NCBI GenBank assembly: GCA_964016885.1
Contig: OZ024740.1
Location: 348,378,001 to 348,442,000 of the forward strand
Direction: 5' to 3'
DNA: 64,000 bases
Source: Eledone cirrhosa
Lineage: Eukaryota
Position 1 is the stretch's first letter; each line of letters starts with the position of its first letter. A program made the translations under genes and the position numbers. Below the pieces are notes generated by a model that saw only the letters and a list, made by a program, of their open reading frames with translations, was not told where the DNA came from and did not search any database. This document shows positions 42,071 to 56,800 of the stretch, one piece after another.

Positions 42071-43712
42071 ATATATATATATATAGTGAAATTACAACAT
42101 TTGTATGAAACTTAGAAGGAATTTCTTTTTTTTTTCGTGAGTTGTAAAGAAATCATAGTTTTATGAATCTCAACAGCCATTAGAATGGAGATGGTATTTA
42201 TCTGGTATTTGTCTGGTCTTTTCTGATGCAAAGATTTCACCGAAAGGGATATTTATTTGCTCTTTATATACAAGTTTCTTACATCAGGAATTTAACTGAG
42301 TCCAACCCGCCAAAGAATATCTAGTCCAAAGTTCGGCACTGCTTTCAAAGATGAATCATATCAACGTCACCTTACCTAAAAAAAAAATGCTAAATTTCTT
42401 GGCAAATATCATATCTAGTATGAATGATGTGATGTTGTATGAAACACTGATTGTACAAGTTAAAATAAACTAAGTGTGCTTATTATCCTTATTTGGAATT
42501 ATTACATCCTTACATATTCCTTACTGGATAATACTCGGGATTGGTCTTCCTCGTAATAATGTAGTGGGCGTTGTGAGTTTGCACCCTTAAATGTCATTAA
42601 AATGCACGCATAACGAAGATTCGTTTAAGATTTTCACCCATCAATTTTGCTAAGAGAACTTTAGAAGATAAGTATTTAAATAGAACCTGGTAATTAAATG
42701 GCTCTACGTTTTATCGAGGCAGGAGGAAATCCAAATTTGATCTTGATAAGATTTTATATCAGAGTAAAATGGTCGTAAATATCTACTGAATTATGTGAAC
42801 CCACGATTCTGCCAATACGCTGTCATAAAAATGATTACTAAATTCATATACCGAATCAAGTATGCAAAAGTGGAATGCAAATGACTTTAGTATTGTGCTA
42901 TGTGGTACAAAATTCGTAGGTAAACAATCTAGTCTAGATTATATATAATTAAACTGGTAAAATAAAATTAAGTGACAGATACAAATTATATTAACGGATG
43001 CCAATAATTTTATCTACTTTGCTATAAATGCATCGTATAAATATAATCAGTAAACTGATAAATATGAATTGAATTCATAGATAGATAAACGATATTACTT
43101 TTGTCTTTTATTGTACATTATTAATTTTATCTACGTTAAATATGTTTACGTGTGGCTTTTATTGATGCTTCGACTAATGCAAATAAATATTGTACTAGAC
43201 AAAAATTGGTTATATTACTTTTACTATATTCTACACTGCAAACGAAAGGTGGTGGATAACAACATTATTTGATCGTCAAAAGAATGGCTTAGGTTACCTT
43301 TATACAATATTTTAAGTTCTGAGTTCCATAGTCGACTGAGTACAGTATCAGTCAAATAGGAAGATATATTTACCTGTGTATACTCCAAAATACGTGGCCA
43401 GATATATATATTTATATGTCATCTGGAGAGATCCATTCCAACGTGTATGTTTGTGTCAATCTCTCATTAGTTTCAATACAAATAATGTAATGTATAATGT
43501 ATGTGGATTTCAGAATCACCTATAAAATATCGCTGTGATACCTCTCATTGAGTGGAAATACTGCCAAAAGAAACATAGCACTTCATTTTTTCGGGACAAA
43601 TAGAGGAAGATACAGCTAAAGTTTCAGTCAATTTAATCCATTATAAACACTCAAGGGACTATGAAACCATATAAATGTAAGAAATCATTCCCACACTTTG
43701 CAACTCAGTTAT

Positions 43713-43778
<66 letters not shown>

Positions 43779-43789
43779 GTGTGTGTATG

Positions 43790-43822
<33 letters not shown>

Positions 43823-44208
43823 CTTTTAAATATTATATACGCACATAAATATGTATGCACAGATATATATAGAGAGAGGGGCGATTAAAAGATAAGATTT
43901 ATATATATATAGAGAGAGAGTGAGTAGGAAGAACTGGCTGATAAAAACGCAATGTGGCATTAGTTCTGAAATCGGTATATATAATACGGATGCTCCATAC
44001 AATACGAAAATATGCTGATAAGCATAATGCATGAATACCATTAGGTGGTAATGTTAAATTTAACACTACAGCTAGTATTACATGGCATTCCGTGTTTAGC
44101 GGATATACGCTTTCGATATTGATGTTATCAGCGGAAAGCAAAGGAGATATTTATAAAGCACCACCCTCTGTTTTTCTCCACACACACACACACATACACT
44201 CACACACA

Positions 44209-44269
<61 letters not shown>

Positions 44270-45227
44270 ACACATATATATGTATATATATATATGTATA
44301 TATATATATATAAATATATATATGTGTGTGTGTATGTGTATGTATAAAGTTATATCTGTATACATTCAATGTGTGTAACCGATAGTGCACCATTGTGTAT
44401 GTGTACATAAATATACACATTTTTATATGTTTAGTATGTAGGCATCTGAACATGCCAGACAATGCAAATTTCCTTGTAAATTGAAAAAATGATAACCTCT
44501 TTTAATCGATTTTAGGAAATAATTGGACCCTCATCGGAAGGAGTGTGTATCCTCCAAACTACCACAAGGAAACATGTATTTGATCAGAATATATACCCAT
44601 TCGTTATTAGCATTATTCTGAAATGGACGTATTTATTTGAATATAAGTAACGCTCGTCATAGTAGTTCATTACAATATATATTAAAAAGTGCAGCCGAAG
44701 AGTACGATAAAATTATCTCTGTATTCATAAAAAGTGGGAAACCGAGACTGCCCCAATGTGTATATAAATATACAAATTCTTAATATGCAGATATTTAAAA
44801 AGACCAGAAAAGGTATCAATGGATTAATTCGACCAAGCTTCTTTAGTTAGTGCAATATGAAATTGACAATAGCTTGCGCTACGTTTTTGAGCTCGATTTG
44901 GTATATATATATATATAAAGATATATATCAAATGTATGTATACATATACATACATAAAAATATATATATTTATATATATATATATATAAAGTATATATTT
45001 GAGTTAAAAACTCAAAAAAGTCCCCTATAATTCAATTTAGCTCAAGGAGAAAAATGTTGTCCGATCCGTATAATACTGTAAGGAGAGACTAACACATAAA
45101 TAGCTGGCGGTCTCTGTCCCTTGTGATTTGGACACATATAGCTATATAGCTATAAATATATATATATGTTTGTCTCCCCTTACGCATTGTTTGGCTTTCA
45201 AAATTTAAATCCGTTTCCTATTCAACA

Positions 45228-45512
45228 ATGTGACTATACATAAGAGAGATTTGGATGTGTCTGACACACATCCAAATCTCTCTTATCTATAGTTACACAT
45301 TTCAACACAACCTGATCTCAGTTTGACAATCGCCACAGACAGACGAATGCCAGAAAGCTCTCCAACCCAAGTTAACCAGGAATCTCTAAAATTCTTCCCA
45401 CCGAAGTTAACAAAGAACTTACTGGATCTACCAACTCATATTATAATATAACATTAAATCATGAAATGTTTTAACACTACAAGTGAAGTCATTCTTTTCC
45501 TTTTTTTCAAAT
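45228..45512. repeat. Hairpin plus tail element; direct family copy at ~8640-8885
   Basis: Hairpin 45228-45300; aatcgccacagac..gttaaccaggaatct..aacactacaagtgaagtca shared with 8699-8861; both end in (TA)n. Confidence 0.8.
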
Positions 45513-48104
45513 ATATATATATATATATATATACAACATACATAAATTAATCAAAGAAACGCTAACTCTATTGAGGAATGCCATACTAAATATCAAAATA
45601 TGAAAACAAAGCGTTATTATGTCCATATCATCATGATTTTGATGTCTATTTGGCTAAACGCAAATTCGGAATAAAATGCAACATATCCCCTGAATGTGCA
45701 CAAATATATCCCTACACCGCCCAGACATTATGACTAAAATTGTTCCTCTTTTCAGCCATGTAATTAATATGCCGCTTTTTGCTCAGACTGTAACATAAAT
45801 GAGCAATAAAAATAGCATAATCATCTGGGAGAAGGAGTTAGATAGTGAAAGAGCGAGAGGGAAATAAAAGGACAGAAAAAGTGTGTGCATATATATGCTC
45901 ATATTATTCCATCACACATAAAACGTAGAATTATTAACCAATGTTACATGGTGAGATTGCATTTGATGCTCAATACAACGTATCGACTACAAAATCGATT
46001 TGTGTTATTTTTATTTAGAGACTGCTGTTTAAAGTGATCAAATGTAATTTGATTAAATAAAATTGATCGCTGCAAAAGCTAATCTATGCCTTTAAAATTA
46101 ATGCCTTTTAAATGGATATTTCTGAAAGTTTTATTTGATATTTTATACATACTCGACTCAGTTTCTGTCAAATACATTTGGGAAATTCTTGTTTTTAAAT
46201 GGTTTCTGGCTTAGTAAAGAACACACCTAATTGACTTTAGTTTTTGCTCTTAATTGCAATGGGATCAAAACCAAGCATTTCTCTATTCTGTACCTTTGGA
46301 GATTAGGTGTACTGAGGTATTGTTTCATCATCATGACAAAAATGTAATGACAAAATGGTTATAAATTATTCAAATGGAAGATCTCATAAATGAAGTAACT
46401 CTATAATGGACTTTTAAAAATACGCTTCCCTATAGAATACCGTTGCAGCTAGTGCTGTAGTTGTGATAACAAGTATCGTAGTTTGCATATTTCAATTGAT
46501 TATTATTTCAAGATAATATTTAATGTTCTCACCATTAAATTTATCTAATATACATTCATTAAATAAAAGTATGCAAATAAAGTTATCGTCAATTTAATTA
46601 CAGGACGGCACTTGATAAACCTATGAGAAGAACAGCATTATTTAGTAAACTATAACAGGAAAAATTAAGTCAGTTGGAGAAATATCCTGGGATTAATTCA
46701 AGTCACTCTAGCGTCTATTTGGCTTTTGATGAAAACACATAACTGCCTCAACTACTGAGATCCACATAAGTATAAAGGGTAAAATAAAGTTCACCAGCGT
46801 AAGCAGTAGGTAGGCTATGCTTGATATGTGTTGCTCGGATATGAATCATAACGCAGCTGAGCTCCATGCAGCTGGAGAAGACAACGACAAAAGATTCCGA
46901 CGTAGACACACACGAATCACGGGATAACTGCTCGTTTGTTGTTTTCTCCTAACCGTTGCAGTCTCTCCAAAGATGGAGATATGTTCAGGTAGATATATCC
47001 ATTAAACATTTGATCTGAGTGGGGACACAAAACTCCATTAACCGCACCCAAGAACAAGCTGATGGTAGTCATCAACCATGTGTCACACTATTTAATGTTA
47101 CTGCCTCCGGCTTTATATGACGCAAATGACCTCCACGTTTTTTTTTTTAGTCTTTTATATTGTGTTTCTATTTTGGTTTCCGCTCAGCCATCATGTCCTC
47201 TTCTCTCGAAGACAAATGCACTTAGGTTTTTGTCTTCTGCTAACTTAAGCTGATCATTTTGCCCGTGTTATACGCTGGGAGTAAGTTCATGAAGCAGTCA
47301 TCTATATCTACTCTCCCATGTTTTCATTCATATAAGGATTCTCCTTATGTCTAGAAACACTTCCCTTCGCACAAAATCCTACATTTGGTTTCTAAGATTC
47401 TGTGTGCATTTTTATCAATGCATCGTAGATAATTATTTATAGTTTCATTCCTAAGCTATTCCATTTAATTAACACTACTTACTTATACACGAGACGGTTT
47501 AATTTTTCATTAAATCACCAATCTTTATGATTTCCACTTGTTTAAGTAATTTGAAAGAAATATCATGTATCGCCACCTGTTTGATAAAATCTTAAGTGTG
47601 ACGTTGATTTTAACTCAAATTTTACGAGATATTGATTAATAGGAGACTCATTTCTTTAATATCCTCCACTGAAAAGGAATACTAATAAAAACGAATAGCT
47701 ATAGTATTTTTGAAAATCAATTATACCTTTCAGTAATCACTAAGGAATTATCTCTTAAATTGCTGGAATTTTCACAGAATTTCCAGAATAGAAAATTTAT
47801 TTTCTCTTGCTCATTAACATAGTTTTGAAATAAAATCTAGTGGAGTTATCTTTACATAATAAGGAGGGGTTGTGGAAATGTATCCTACTACTCACATAAC
47901 TCTGCGAGCTTAACTTTCTGTCTAGTTCAATGAAATTAATGCCGCCGGTGCAGAAGCAGCAGTATACTACAGGAATGCTTTTTTATAGTATTTAGTTACG
48001 ACACCCAAAACTTCTAGGTGCACATAAACGTCTAAAATGTGCATCTCTCAGTCATGTTTCGAAACTGCTAGCCCATTTTCTATAAACTGTTTATGCCAAT
48101 ATAA

Positions 48105-49465
48105 AAAATCAATTTTATATAAACAGTGGACAGCATAATCAATGAAACGCCGGGGAAAATGCTTCGTGGCGTTTAGCCTCCCCAGTTGATATTCGTAGTT
48201 ATATTCCTATTATATTTTCTTTATTAAAATAAGGTACATTGACGCACTGGAGTCGATTTAGTCGACTTTCCCCTTCCCTTCAAATTGCTGGCCCTGTGCC
48301 AAGTATAGAACCAATTATTATACGTTGAAGTGGACTGGTGTATTGGCATTACCGGTAGAGCCTCGGAAACCATGCTTTGTGGCATATAGTTACGGTCCTT
48401 TACAGGCTGAGTTCAAATCCTTACGGGGTCGATGAAATCAATTTTATAAAAACACTGGACAGCATAATCCATGAAACAGCGGAGAGAATGCTTCGTGGCG
48501 TTTAGCCTCCCGAGTTGATATTCGTAGTTATATTCCTATTGTCTTCTTTTTTTATCAATGTGTGTTATATAAAATAAAGTACCTGTTACAAAACTGAATA
48601 AAGTGTCAGCACAACAAATATATACAAACCTGAGCCTTTATAATCACTCAAAATAAATTAAAACAGAATCATTACCGAATTAGACAGAATAACTGACGAT
48701 ATTTATTTCAATTATTTACATTTTATCTTGTGTACATTTTAACTTTCCGTGGTTGACATCATATGGCAATACTGTGGTCAATATCATTGCGAGTTCCTTT
48801 CAAACAGTTTTCATCTGATTCTTACTTAAACAATTATTAGGATTGGAATATCGGTAGAGCGCCACAGACCATGCTTTGCAGTATAGAGTAATGGCCCTTT
48901 ACGCTCTGAGTTCAAATATTACCTTTCATCGTTACGGAGTCGATAAAATAAAGCACCCGTGACGCACTGGGGCCTATCTAATCGACTTTCTCTTCCCCAA
49001 AACTGCTGGCCTTTTGCCTAAATCAGAAGCAATAATTATTTTACATTGGAGTGGGACAGTATCGCTAAATCCCCGGGCAACATACATTACAGCATATGGT
49101 TACGGCCTTTTTCGTTCTTAATTCAAATCCCGCCGAGGTTAGCTTTGCCTATAATCGTTACGGGATCCATAAAATAAAGTACAAGTCACGCACTGGGATC
49201 GAGTTAATCGACTTTTTCCTCCCTAAAAATGTTTGGCCTTGTGGTCGGTGGAATGGCAGTTACGGTAGAGCGCCAGACAACATGCTTTGTGACATATAAA
49301 TATGGCCCTTTATGTTCTGAGTTGAAATTCCGCCGAATTTTAATTTGCCTTTCATCCTTACATTGTTGATAACATAAAGTACAAATTAGGTACTGGGGTT
49401 CATATAATCGACTTTACCATTCTTTCAGCTTGCAGGCCTGGTACTTCGATTAAAAACCCTTATTA
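48105..49465 (+). mobile_element. Cluster of about 6 same-orientation SINE copies and fragments, including a local ~110-bp duplication
   Basis: Repeated ggtagagc..catgctttg..gagttcaaat..gtcgataaaataaag..cactggg; 48105-48210 repeated at 48437-48540. Confidence 0.75.
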
Positions 49466-49745
49466 TAAACTGAAGTATTTCTTTCGTGTTATCACACTAA
49501 TTTATATTCAGAATTTATTTATTTGAGTAACGAAAAGCTCTCATGTCAATAATCCGGCTCGTTTTAGTCAGGCCGGTACAAATTTAGTAAGAATGTAATG
49601 TCGGTTAATGTCATGGCATGGCTTTGGTAAACAAAAACAATGACTCGGTTGTCATTTCCTCTTATTAATAATATTGTAATTCACTACGATAACACCTTAA
49701 CGTAACATATATCTGACCTTTAATTTAACTATTATGACTGGAAAT

Positions 49746-49804
49746 GTGGTGGTGGTGGTGGTGGTGGTGGTGGTGGTGCTGCTGCTGCTGCTGCTGCTGC
49801 TGCT

Positions 49805-49867
<63 letters not shown>

Positions 49868-49940
49868 TCAGGAGCAGTAGTAGCAGTAGTAGTAGCAGTA
49901 GTAGCAGCAGTAGTAGTTTTAGTATTAGAAGTAGTTGTTG
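49746..49940. repeat. Compound trinucleotide microsatellite (GGT)n(GCT)n(AGT)n(AGC/AGT)
   Basis: Directly visible. Confidence 0.97.
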
Positions 49941-51170
49941 TTATCATTGTTCTTTTATTAATCAGAATTTCTGTAATCAAATGTCTTCTAAGCATCGCTA
50001 TTCCTTATTTGTGTTTCTCACATTATGGAAGAGTGAATCAATCGTTCTTTTTAGGTAGTAAATTATGATAATTATGATGCTGATGATGTAGATTATGGTA
50101 TTGGCTATGCTATTAACCAAACTCCCACTGGTACTGTCTCCGTCTCCCCTGCTCTCCCCCTCTCTCACTATTATGAGCAAATGGGGGACCACGCGCTGGC
50201 CACTTCGCAGTCCCGGCGGGTAGAATGGAGCAGGCATTTCGCCAGAGGATGGTGAGGGAGGCACGCTTGATTTAGATGTTATTTCTAGTACGTCATATGA
50301 CTACGTAGATATTAGTAGAGCAGATAAGAATACTGCGATATAATGGGAATCACATTCACTGGAAGCTGGTAAATAGTTTTATAATAACCAACAATTGAAC
50401 CACTACTTCCATAGATCAATTATATATACAAATATAACCTGATATCTCAATTCAGTTGGAATATCTTCATTAAATCAACAAAATATTCATCAAATTCATA
50501 CTAATATGTAAAAAGGACTACCTGGTCACAGACCATTAATCATATATGAACCCTGTATGAATGTTATAACCAATGCTGAGTTAGGGGTGTGGCTGAGTCT
50601 TTAACATCTCAGCTCCTACAGCATATTTATAAATAAAACTCACTGCAGATAATAGATGGAGCATTTTCAAGAACGGGTTTTAATCATCGTGTAGATTTTT
50701 TTAAAAAAATGAATTAGTTTATTCCGATATTCAGGGTTCTGTCTCCCTTCTCCCTAAGAACTATGTATAAAACATCAAATAATAAAGGCCAATGTAGTCG
50801 TTCATATGAAGAATATCAATCTGCTTCACATAACATCTAAATATTACTCAAATAACACCCAGCAGCCTTAAAAGAGGAAAGATATGTTAAATAATGTAGC
50901 CCTAAATATCCAGTCCTTGTGAATAGGATCAGATGAGATGGTCACAATTGAAAGGCATTTAACCATTGCCTCGCTCGTTCAAAGCTGGCCTGGTACTAAA
51001 CAAATTCAAGAATGTTAGTCTGTAAGTATATAGTATCCCATGTCAATGATTAAGTTCTTTAGAAGCCAAATTATTTTGGAGGAGTTGACACCTTAAAGTT
51101 TTTAATACAATCTACGCCATTTATTTTAATGTAATCTTTCAATACTTTTCTTTTGTTTGCCATATTTCAG

Positions 51171-51406
51171 GTTATGGTCATATTGCGCCCAAAACAGCCT
51201 ATGGCCGCATTGTAACGATATTTTATGCACTTATTGGCATTCCTTTAACACTACTCTGTCTGGCCAACCTTGGTTCAGTACTTGGCACTGGTTTTCGATG
51301 TTTCTACAAACATACCTGTCGTTTCTTGTGCTGTCTTTGCTTCAAGACTAGTACGCCGCAGCCTAGAAAACCCATTCGATATCGTTCGAACAATAGAACA
51401 AATTCG
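51171..51406 (+). CDS. K2P channel coding exon 2 (completes the GYG filter, TM2); absent from the ORF track
   Basis: Acceptor ttttcttttgtttgccatatttcag|GT completes GGT; manual translation (G)[78 protein letters not shown]; donor TCG|GTAAGA at 51407 (phase 0). Confidence 0.93.
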
Positions 51407-54148
51407 GTAAGAGTTTAATATCATAATAATCGAAACAAGTTTTTTTCTCATATATTCATGATTATTTTACAGGTGGTAAGATGAGACAGTATATAACAAA
51501 TCACTATTTGTCTTCTTCACATTTTTCCCTCGTGTTAGCGAGATAGTTGTACATTGACCATTATAGATAATGGATCTACAGACGTCTCCAATTACATATG
51601 AAAATAATGGGTGACATGAAAATAGGATCACGTAATAGAAGTCTTCACTGGTGTTTCAGTAACAGGCACCATCGTCATAAGATGACAAACAATCTCAAAG
51701 AAAGCATTTTGCTCAAGAACACAATGCCCCACTCCGTCCCGAAATTGAATACAACAATTTAACCACTAGGGCTAGCACCTCCATAAAGCTGTATCTGATA
51801 GTATATAAATTACCAAACACATATCAATGCTCAGTATTGAGGTCAGCCGTATTTAACAACCAAGCTAACGGATTAGATTAACGCCTGCTTTTTTTTTAAT
51901 TTTTGTTCGTTTTATTTTTTTACTGCATACAACGACAGCTTTCTTTCAGTGTCTTATCCTAACACCTGTTACCAAAATATACATAATTGTCTTCCTGAAA
52001 GCAGGCATATCGTTTAGGTTTACATTCCTTGACCTATGATTAAACTGTTCATATATGCTGGAATCTGAATCCATTCTCAATGAAAGCAGTAGTTAAATTA
52101 ATTGTAACGTTTAATGCAAAGTATTATATAGCTAAATAAGGGCGTGGTGAGGAAAGGACCGTACTCTGGGTTGCCTCCTGTATTTGCCATTAACCGCTGA
52201 ACTAGTTTAATAATATATTATTATTACGTAATGCATGCACCAGTTTAGCTAACTGACGCTTCACTTTACTTCGGTAATTTTTAAACTAACCTTTTCGCTC
52301 ATACCATCCAGAACTTCATGTAAGTGTGAATTTTGTTTTCTTCGTAATAAAGGTAGCTAACTTGGTGCTACCAATCACTATAAATAGTTATGTAATATAT
52401 TGTCTAGGAGAAAAATAAGAAATTATGATATAAGTGATTTAGTCAGCAAAAGTGAAGAGAGATTGCTTTCATTTTGTAAATTAATATGCATATCTCAGCT
52501 CAATCGTATATGTATGTCGCAATTGAAACACAACAGCATCATAAATGAAAATAAGTAGTAAGTTTCTATTCATATATAGAGGATAGACTTTACCACAGCA
52601 TATTATTTGTCACTCGCACCTTCTGCTAAACGTAACAGACAAATTGTCTTCGATTCATATCTTACAGCTCTAAAACAGAACGGACTTATACAAATAGTAA
52701 TTAATTTGTTAGATAGCGCTAAAGAAATATAAATATGTGCCGGCGGTTGTCTCTTCCATTCATAAGAATAGGAATTGACAGCGCTGGTGTTGAACCTCCT
52801 CTGTTCTTTACCGAAGTCCCGTCACCGACTCCTCTGCTCAAGGGGTGATATATAGTTTTTCACATATATATAACCACTAAATGTAGTGGCGTCAATAATT
52901 CAGTGTAAACGATATGTATACATAGTACTGTACTGAACGATCATTCATTTACATCATTTATGCACATTAAACTGCAAGTACGAGTAATTACAAATGCTTA
53001 TTAATATAAGCATAACGATATTTTTCGAGAATGTTGTACTCGACAGTTAGAAACAGCCAAATGTATACACATTCCTTTCGCTCGAGACTGAAAATTGGGA
53101 TTAACGTGACCTGTTTCAAATTTAGCTTGGTTTCCAAAGGAAGTCTCACGCCACTTCCTGTACCTGCGCATAGCCTTGCATAGGAAATAACTATACTGGT
53201 TTCATTTGTAAATATGTCATTTGTATTAATGAAATTAACTTCGTTTATAGGTAATATTGAATATTTCTAAAGGAAAACCAATCATTCAGAGGCTGCCGAC
53301 CTGAAAATGCCACAATACTTGAACCAAATTTTATTGAATAGGATGAAAAATTAAAGTCGAAATTGGTTAGATCTCCACCAAGTATAGAGAGATAAGACAA
53401 AATAATTCACTAATCTGGTGCTGAAACGACTATGCTAACTCCCAGTCTTCCAGAAAATCAAAACGTTACGATTTAGTAGGCATTGCAATGCTATTATTTG
53501 TCTCTCTTTCGAATGAGTATAGAAAACGAACCATTAACATACTGCCGATATTTCAAAAGTCTATTTTTTGCAACCTTAGAAAAAATAAATATGTATTATT
53601 CCCAAGCTTGAAGAAAAACCAGTTCACAAATGCAATACAAAACTCACTTTCCGTTCACGAATGGTTTTACATCACTACATGAATCTAGGAACTCATATTG
53701 GAAAGTTGTTGTTGCTATTGTTGTATTTCTTGAACGCCAGGTCAGCGATCTTAAACTAGACATATTATCAAAAGCCCTTATTATCACAAGCACTTGATAC
53801 ATAACCATACCGTTTTTAGGGATGTTTAAAACTGAATTATCTAATGCGTCCTTTCGTCACTTAAGTTAAGATGTGATATAAAGGAGATTTTTCTGTTCTT
53901 CGTGAGCAGTATGAGAGACTGTTGATTCAATAATATAGTTCAGTAGCCTCTCATTTTTTAGTATAGTCCACTTCATCTTCTGAATCAATGGGAGCAAGGG
54001 AGCATCTAGATTCCACCTTTAATTCCACCTACAGAAAGCAAATTTAGTACTAATAAAAATGTAATTCAATCTATTTGTCTATTCACTTGTTATAAGTAAT
54101 TCATTGTTATAAGTAATGATTATTATTTTTTCTTGTTTTCTTCTTCAG

Positions 54149-54586
54149 GAAGAAGTCCAAGAACCATTACGTGGGGAAAGTGGCGATATAATCACACAAG
54201 ACTCTGACAATTGTGAATATAACGACAGAAATGTGAACCAAAAATCTAAAGACGGAACTCGCGTACCAATACTCGTTAGCATTATGATAATAGCCATATA
54301 CATATTCGGAGGAGCGATGTTGTTTACCCTATGGGAAAAAGACTGGGACTATTTAATTGGATCCTACTTTTGTTTTATTACATTAAGTACCATAGGATTC
54401 GGAGATTTTGTACCTGGAACTAGCCATGATTCATGGAAAAATCAAGAAAAACTTATTCTCTGTGCGTTGTATCTAGTATTTGGACTGGCGTTAATAGCTA
54501 TGTGTTTTAACCTAATGCAAGAGGAAGTAAGAGCGAAATGTATGTGGCTTGGACAAAGGCTAGGCATACTCGATGCAGAAAATTGA
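54149..54586 (+). CDS. K2P channel coding exon 3 (TM3, pore 2 TIGFGD, TM4, short C-terminus)
   Basis: Acceptor tcttgttttcttcttcag|GAA in phase 0; RVPILVSIMIIAIYIFGGAMLF...SYFCFITLSTIGFGDFVPG...ALYLVFGLALIAMCFNLMQEEV; TGA ends 54586. The three exons total 1695 nt = 564 aa + stop. Confidence 0.94.
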   Translation, partial: EEVQEPLRGESGDIITQDSDNCEYNDRNVNQKSKDGTRVPILVSIMIIAIYIFGGAMLFTLWEKDWDYLIGSYFCFITLSTIGFGDFVPGTSHDSWKNQEKLILCALYLVFGLALIAMCFNLMQEEVRAKCMWLGQRLGILDAEN

Positions 54587-54755
54587 GAAACTGTTGTTGT
54601 GTTTTTATTTTTCTGTTTTGTTATTCTTTCACTTGGAGGAAGTTAAATCATATATACGTCACTAGGAACAATGTAAAAATACGAAACAATCAATACAAAC
54701 AGACAAACTCGCAGAGTTACAAATATAACCTCTCCCTCTATCTCTATCTCTCTCT

Positions 54756-54794
<39 letters not shown>

Positions 54795-54910
54795 TATATA
54801 TATATATTATGTACATATATTATTATTATTATTATTATTAATATTATGTATATACGTGCATATATATATATATGTATATAAATATATATATATATATATG
54901 TGTGTGTGTT

Positions 54911-54950
<40 letters not shown>

Positions 54951-54960
54951 TACATACATA

Positions 54961-55062
<102 letters not shown>

Positions 55063-55277
55063 TTATCCTTTTTCATTTTACATTTTACATTTTACATTTT
55101 ACATTTATATCCCATTCTATATTAATGCAGCTAACTTCTTGTCTATTATATATCTCTTATATTTACAATCTCTCTACCTCTTTCCACACAAACCTATATA
55201 TAAATAGACATACACGCACACACAGAAATCCACAAGCACACACACGCACACATGCATATATATATTTATATATATAT

Positions 55278-55335
<58 letters not shown>

Positions 55336-55336
<1 letters not shown>

Positions 55337-55650
55337 CGATATATTAACAAATGGAAACTATATTTATAAAACCATATTTATTTCATTATACATATTTCAA
55401 GGACACCAAGTTAAATTATGGTGTGCTTTCATCAAATAAAATAACTTAATTTAAATAACATCAGATAAAATAACATAATTTAACTTGGTGTCCTTGAAAT
55501 ATGTATAATGAAATAAATATGGTTTTATAAATATAGTTTCCATTTGTTAATATATCGTGTTTTTACTCCAATAATTTGTTGAGTGCTTTATATCAGTTAT
55601 AAAAATATTTGCTTGTTGTATCCCAACAATTTAAATAGAACTTCTACATA
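55336..55650. repeat. Fold-back with 85-bp perfect arms plus tail, in (TA)n, downstream of the K2P stop
   Basis: Arms 55336-55420 / 55474-55558, 53-nt spacer. Confidence 0.88.
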
Positions 55651-56111
55651 TATATACACATATATATGTATATACATATATATGTATATATATTTATATG
55701 ATATATGTATATATGCGTGGATGTATATATAAATATATATGTGAGTGTGTGTGCGTGTGTGTGTGTGTGTGTGTGACCGGGTTTGTGAGCGTGTGTATAG
55801 TAAGGACGTGAATCCCATCGGTGAGCCCAGCCGTTTTATTTCAACATCAGCTGGGATTCTACCTCTTCCCAATACCCATTCTGTAAACCATGCATCGAGA
55901 ATTGCCCTGAATTGTGGTCTTCCCGGCCCTCGTAGCGTAGACACTCCATATATACATATATATATCAAATTGAAGACGGAATGAAACGATACAAACGAAC
56001 AATTTTCATATATAAATTTACATATACACAGTAACTCAGTTTAATCAATAGACTGTATACGTCATTCACCTTTTCTATTCCACACTTTCCTTCCTGACAT
56101 AATATTTAAAA

Positions 56112-56147
<36 letters not shown>

Positions 56148-56168
56148 AGATGTTTATGTATATATACG

Positions 56169-56205
<37 letters not shown>

Positions 56206-56659
56206 ATGTATATATATGTATATATATACATATATGCGGTTGTATGTTAACATTACAATAAATAAATTGTTTGAAAAGAATGTAGTTATAGTTCTTATAT
56301 CTTCAGTTTCTCAAATTTTTTAACTCAAACGTTACCCGTCTTTATCGTCTGACATCAAAACGAAGACAAGAAACATATTCGCCCACTTCGTGTTTGTATA
56401 GGATTTTTGTAAAAAGATTAATACAGCGATATATTGAAGGTTTAACTTTTGCTAAATTGTTCCCTGCTGTTCATCTATTAATAGTGCTGCTGAGAAATAC
56501 TACTGGAATCCATCTCCATATTTCTGTTGGCTTCTTATATTAATTTTTAATAGTCGTAATTTTATTCAATGCTTTGATTACACAATCGTGTGCAATGCTG
56601 TGCATATTGCGGACCTACAGTGCTTTTTTCTTTTGCTATTTTTTCTATTGAATGCATAT

Positions 56660-56800
56660 GTAAAGGTTTCTGATTTAAACACAAGGCCAACAATTTGTTG
56701 GGGAGGGTAATTCGATTAAATCCACCCCAGTGCGTTACTGGTAACTTATTTGATCGACTCTGCAAGGGCTGAAATGCAAAGCCATCCTCGGTGGAATTTA
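56660..56800 (-). mobile_element. SINE fragment (further degenerate copies near 2560-2720, 39530-39700, 60370-60610)
   Basis: acacaaggccaacaattt..cccagtgcgttactggta.. Confidence 0.6.

Noticed and set aside
48105-49465. CRISPR-like or tRNA gene array
   Set aside because: Units are diverged SINEs with no constant repeat-spacer period and no cloverleaf; eukaryotic context
51157-51351. 64-aa ORF from the track
   Set aside because: Wrong frame over the true K2P exon 2
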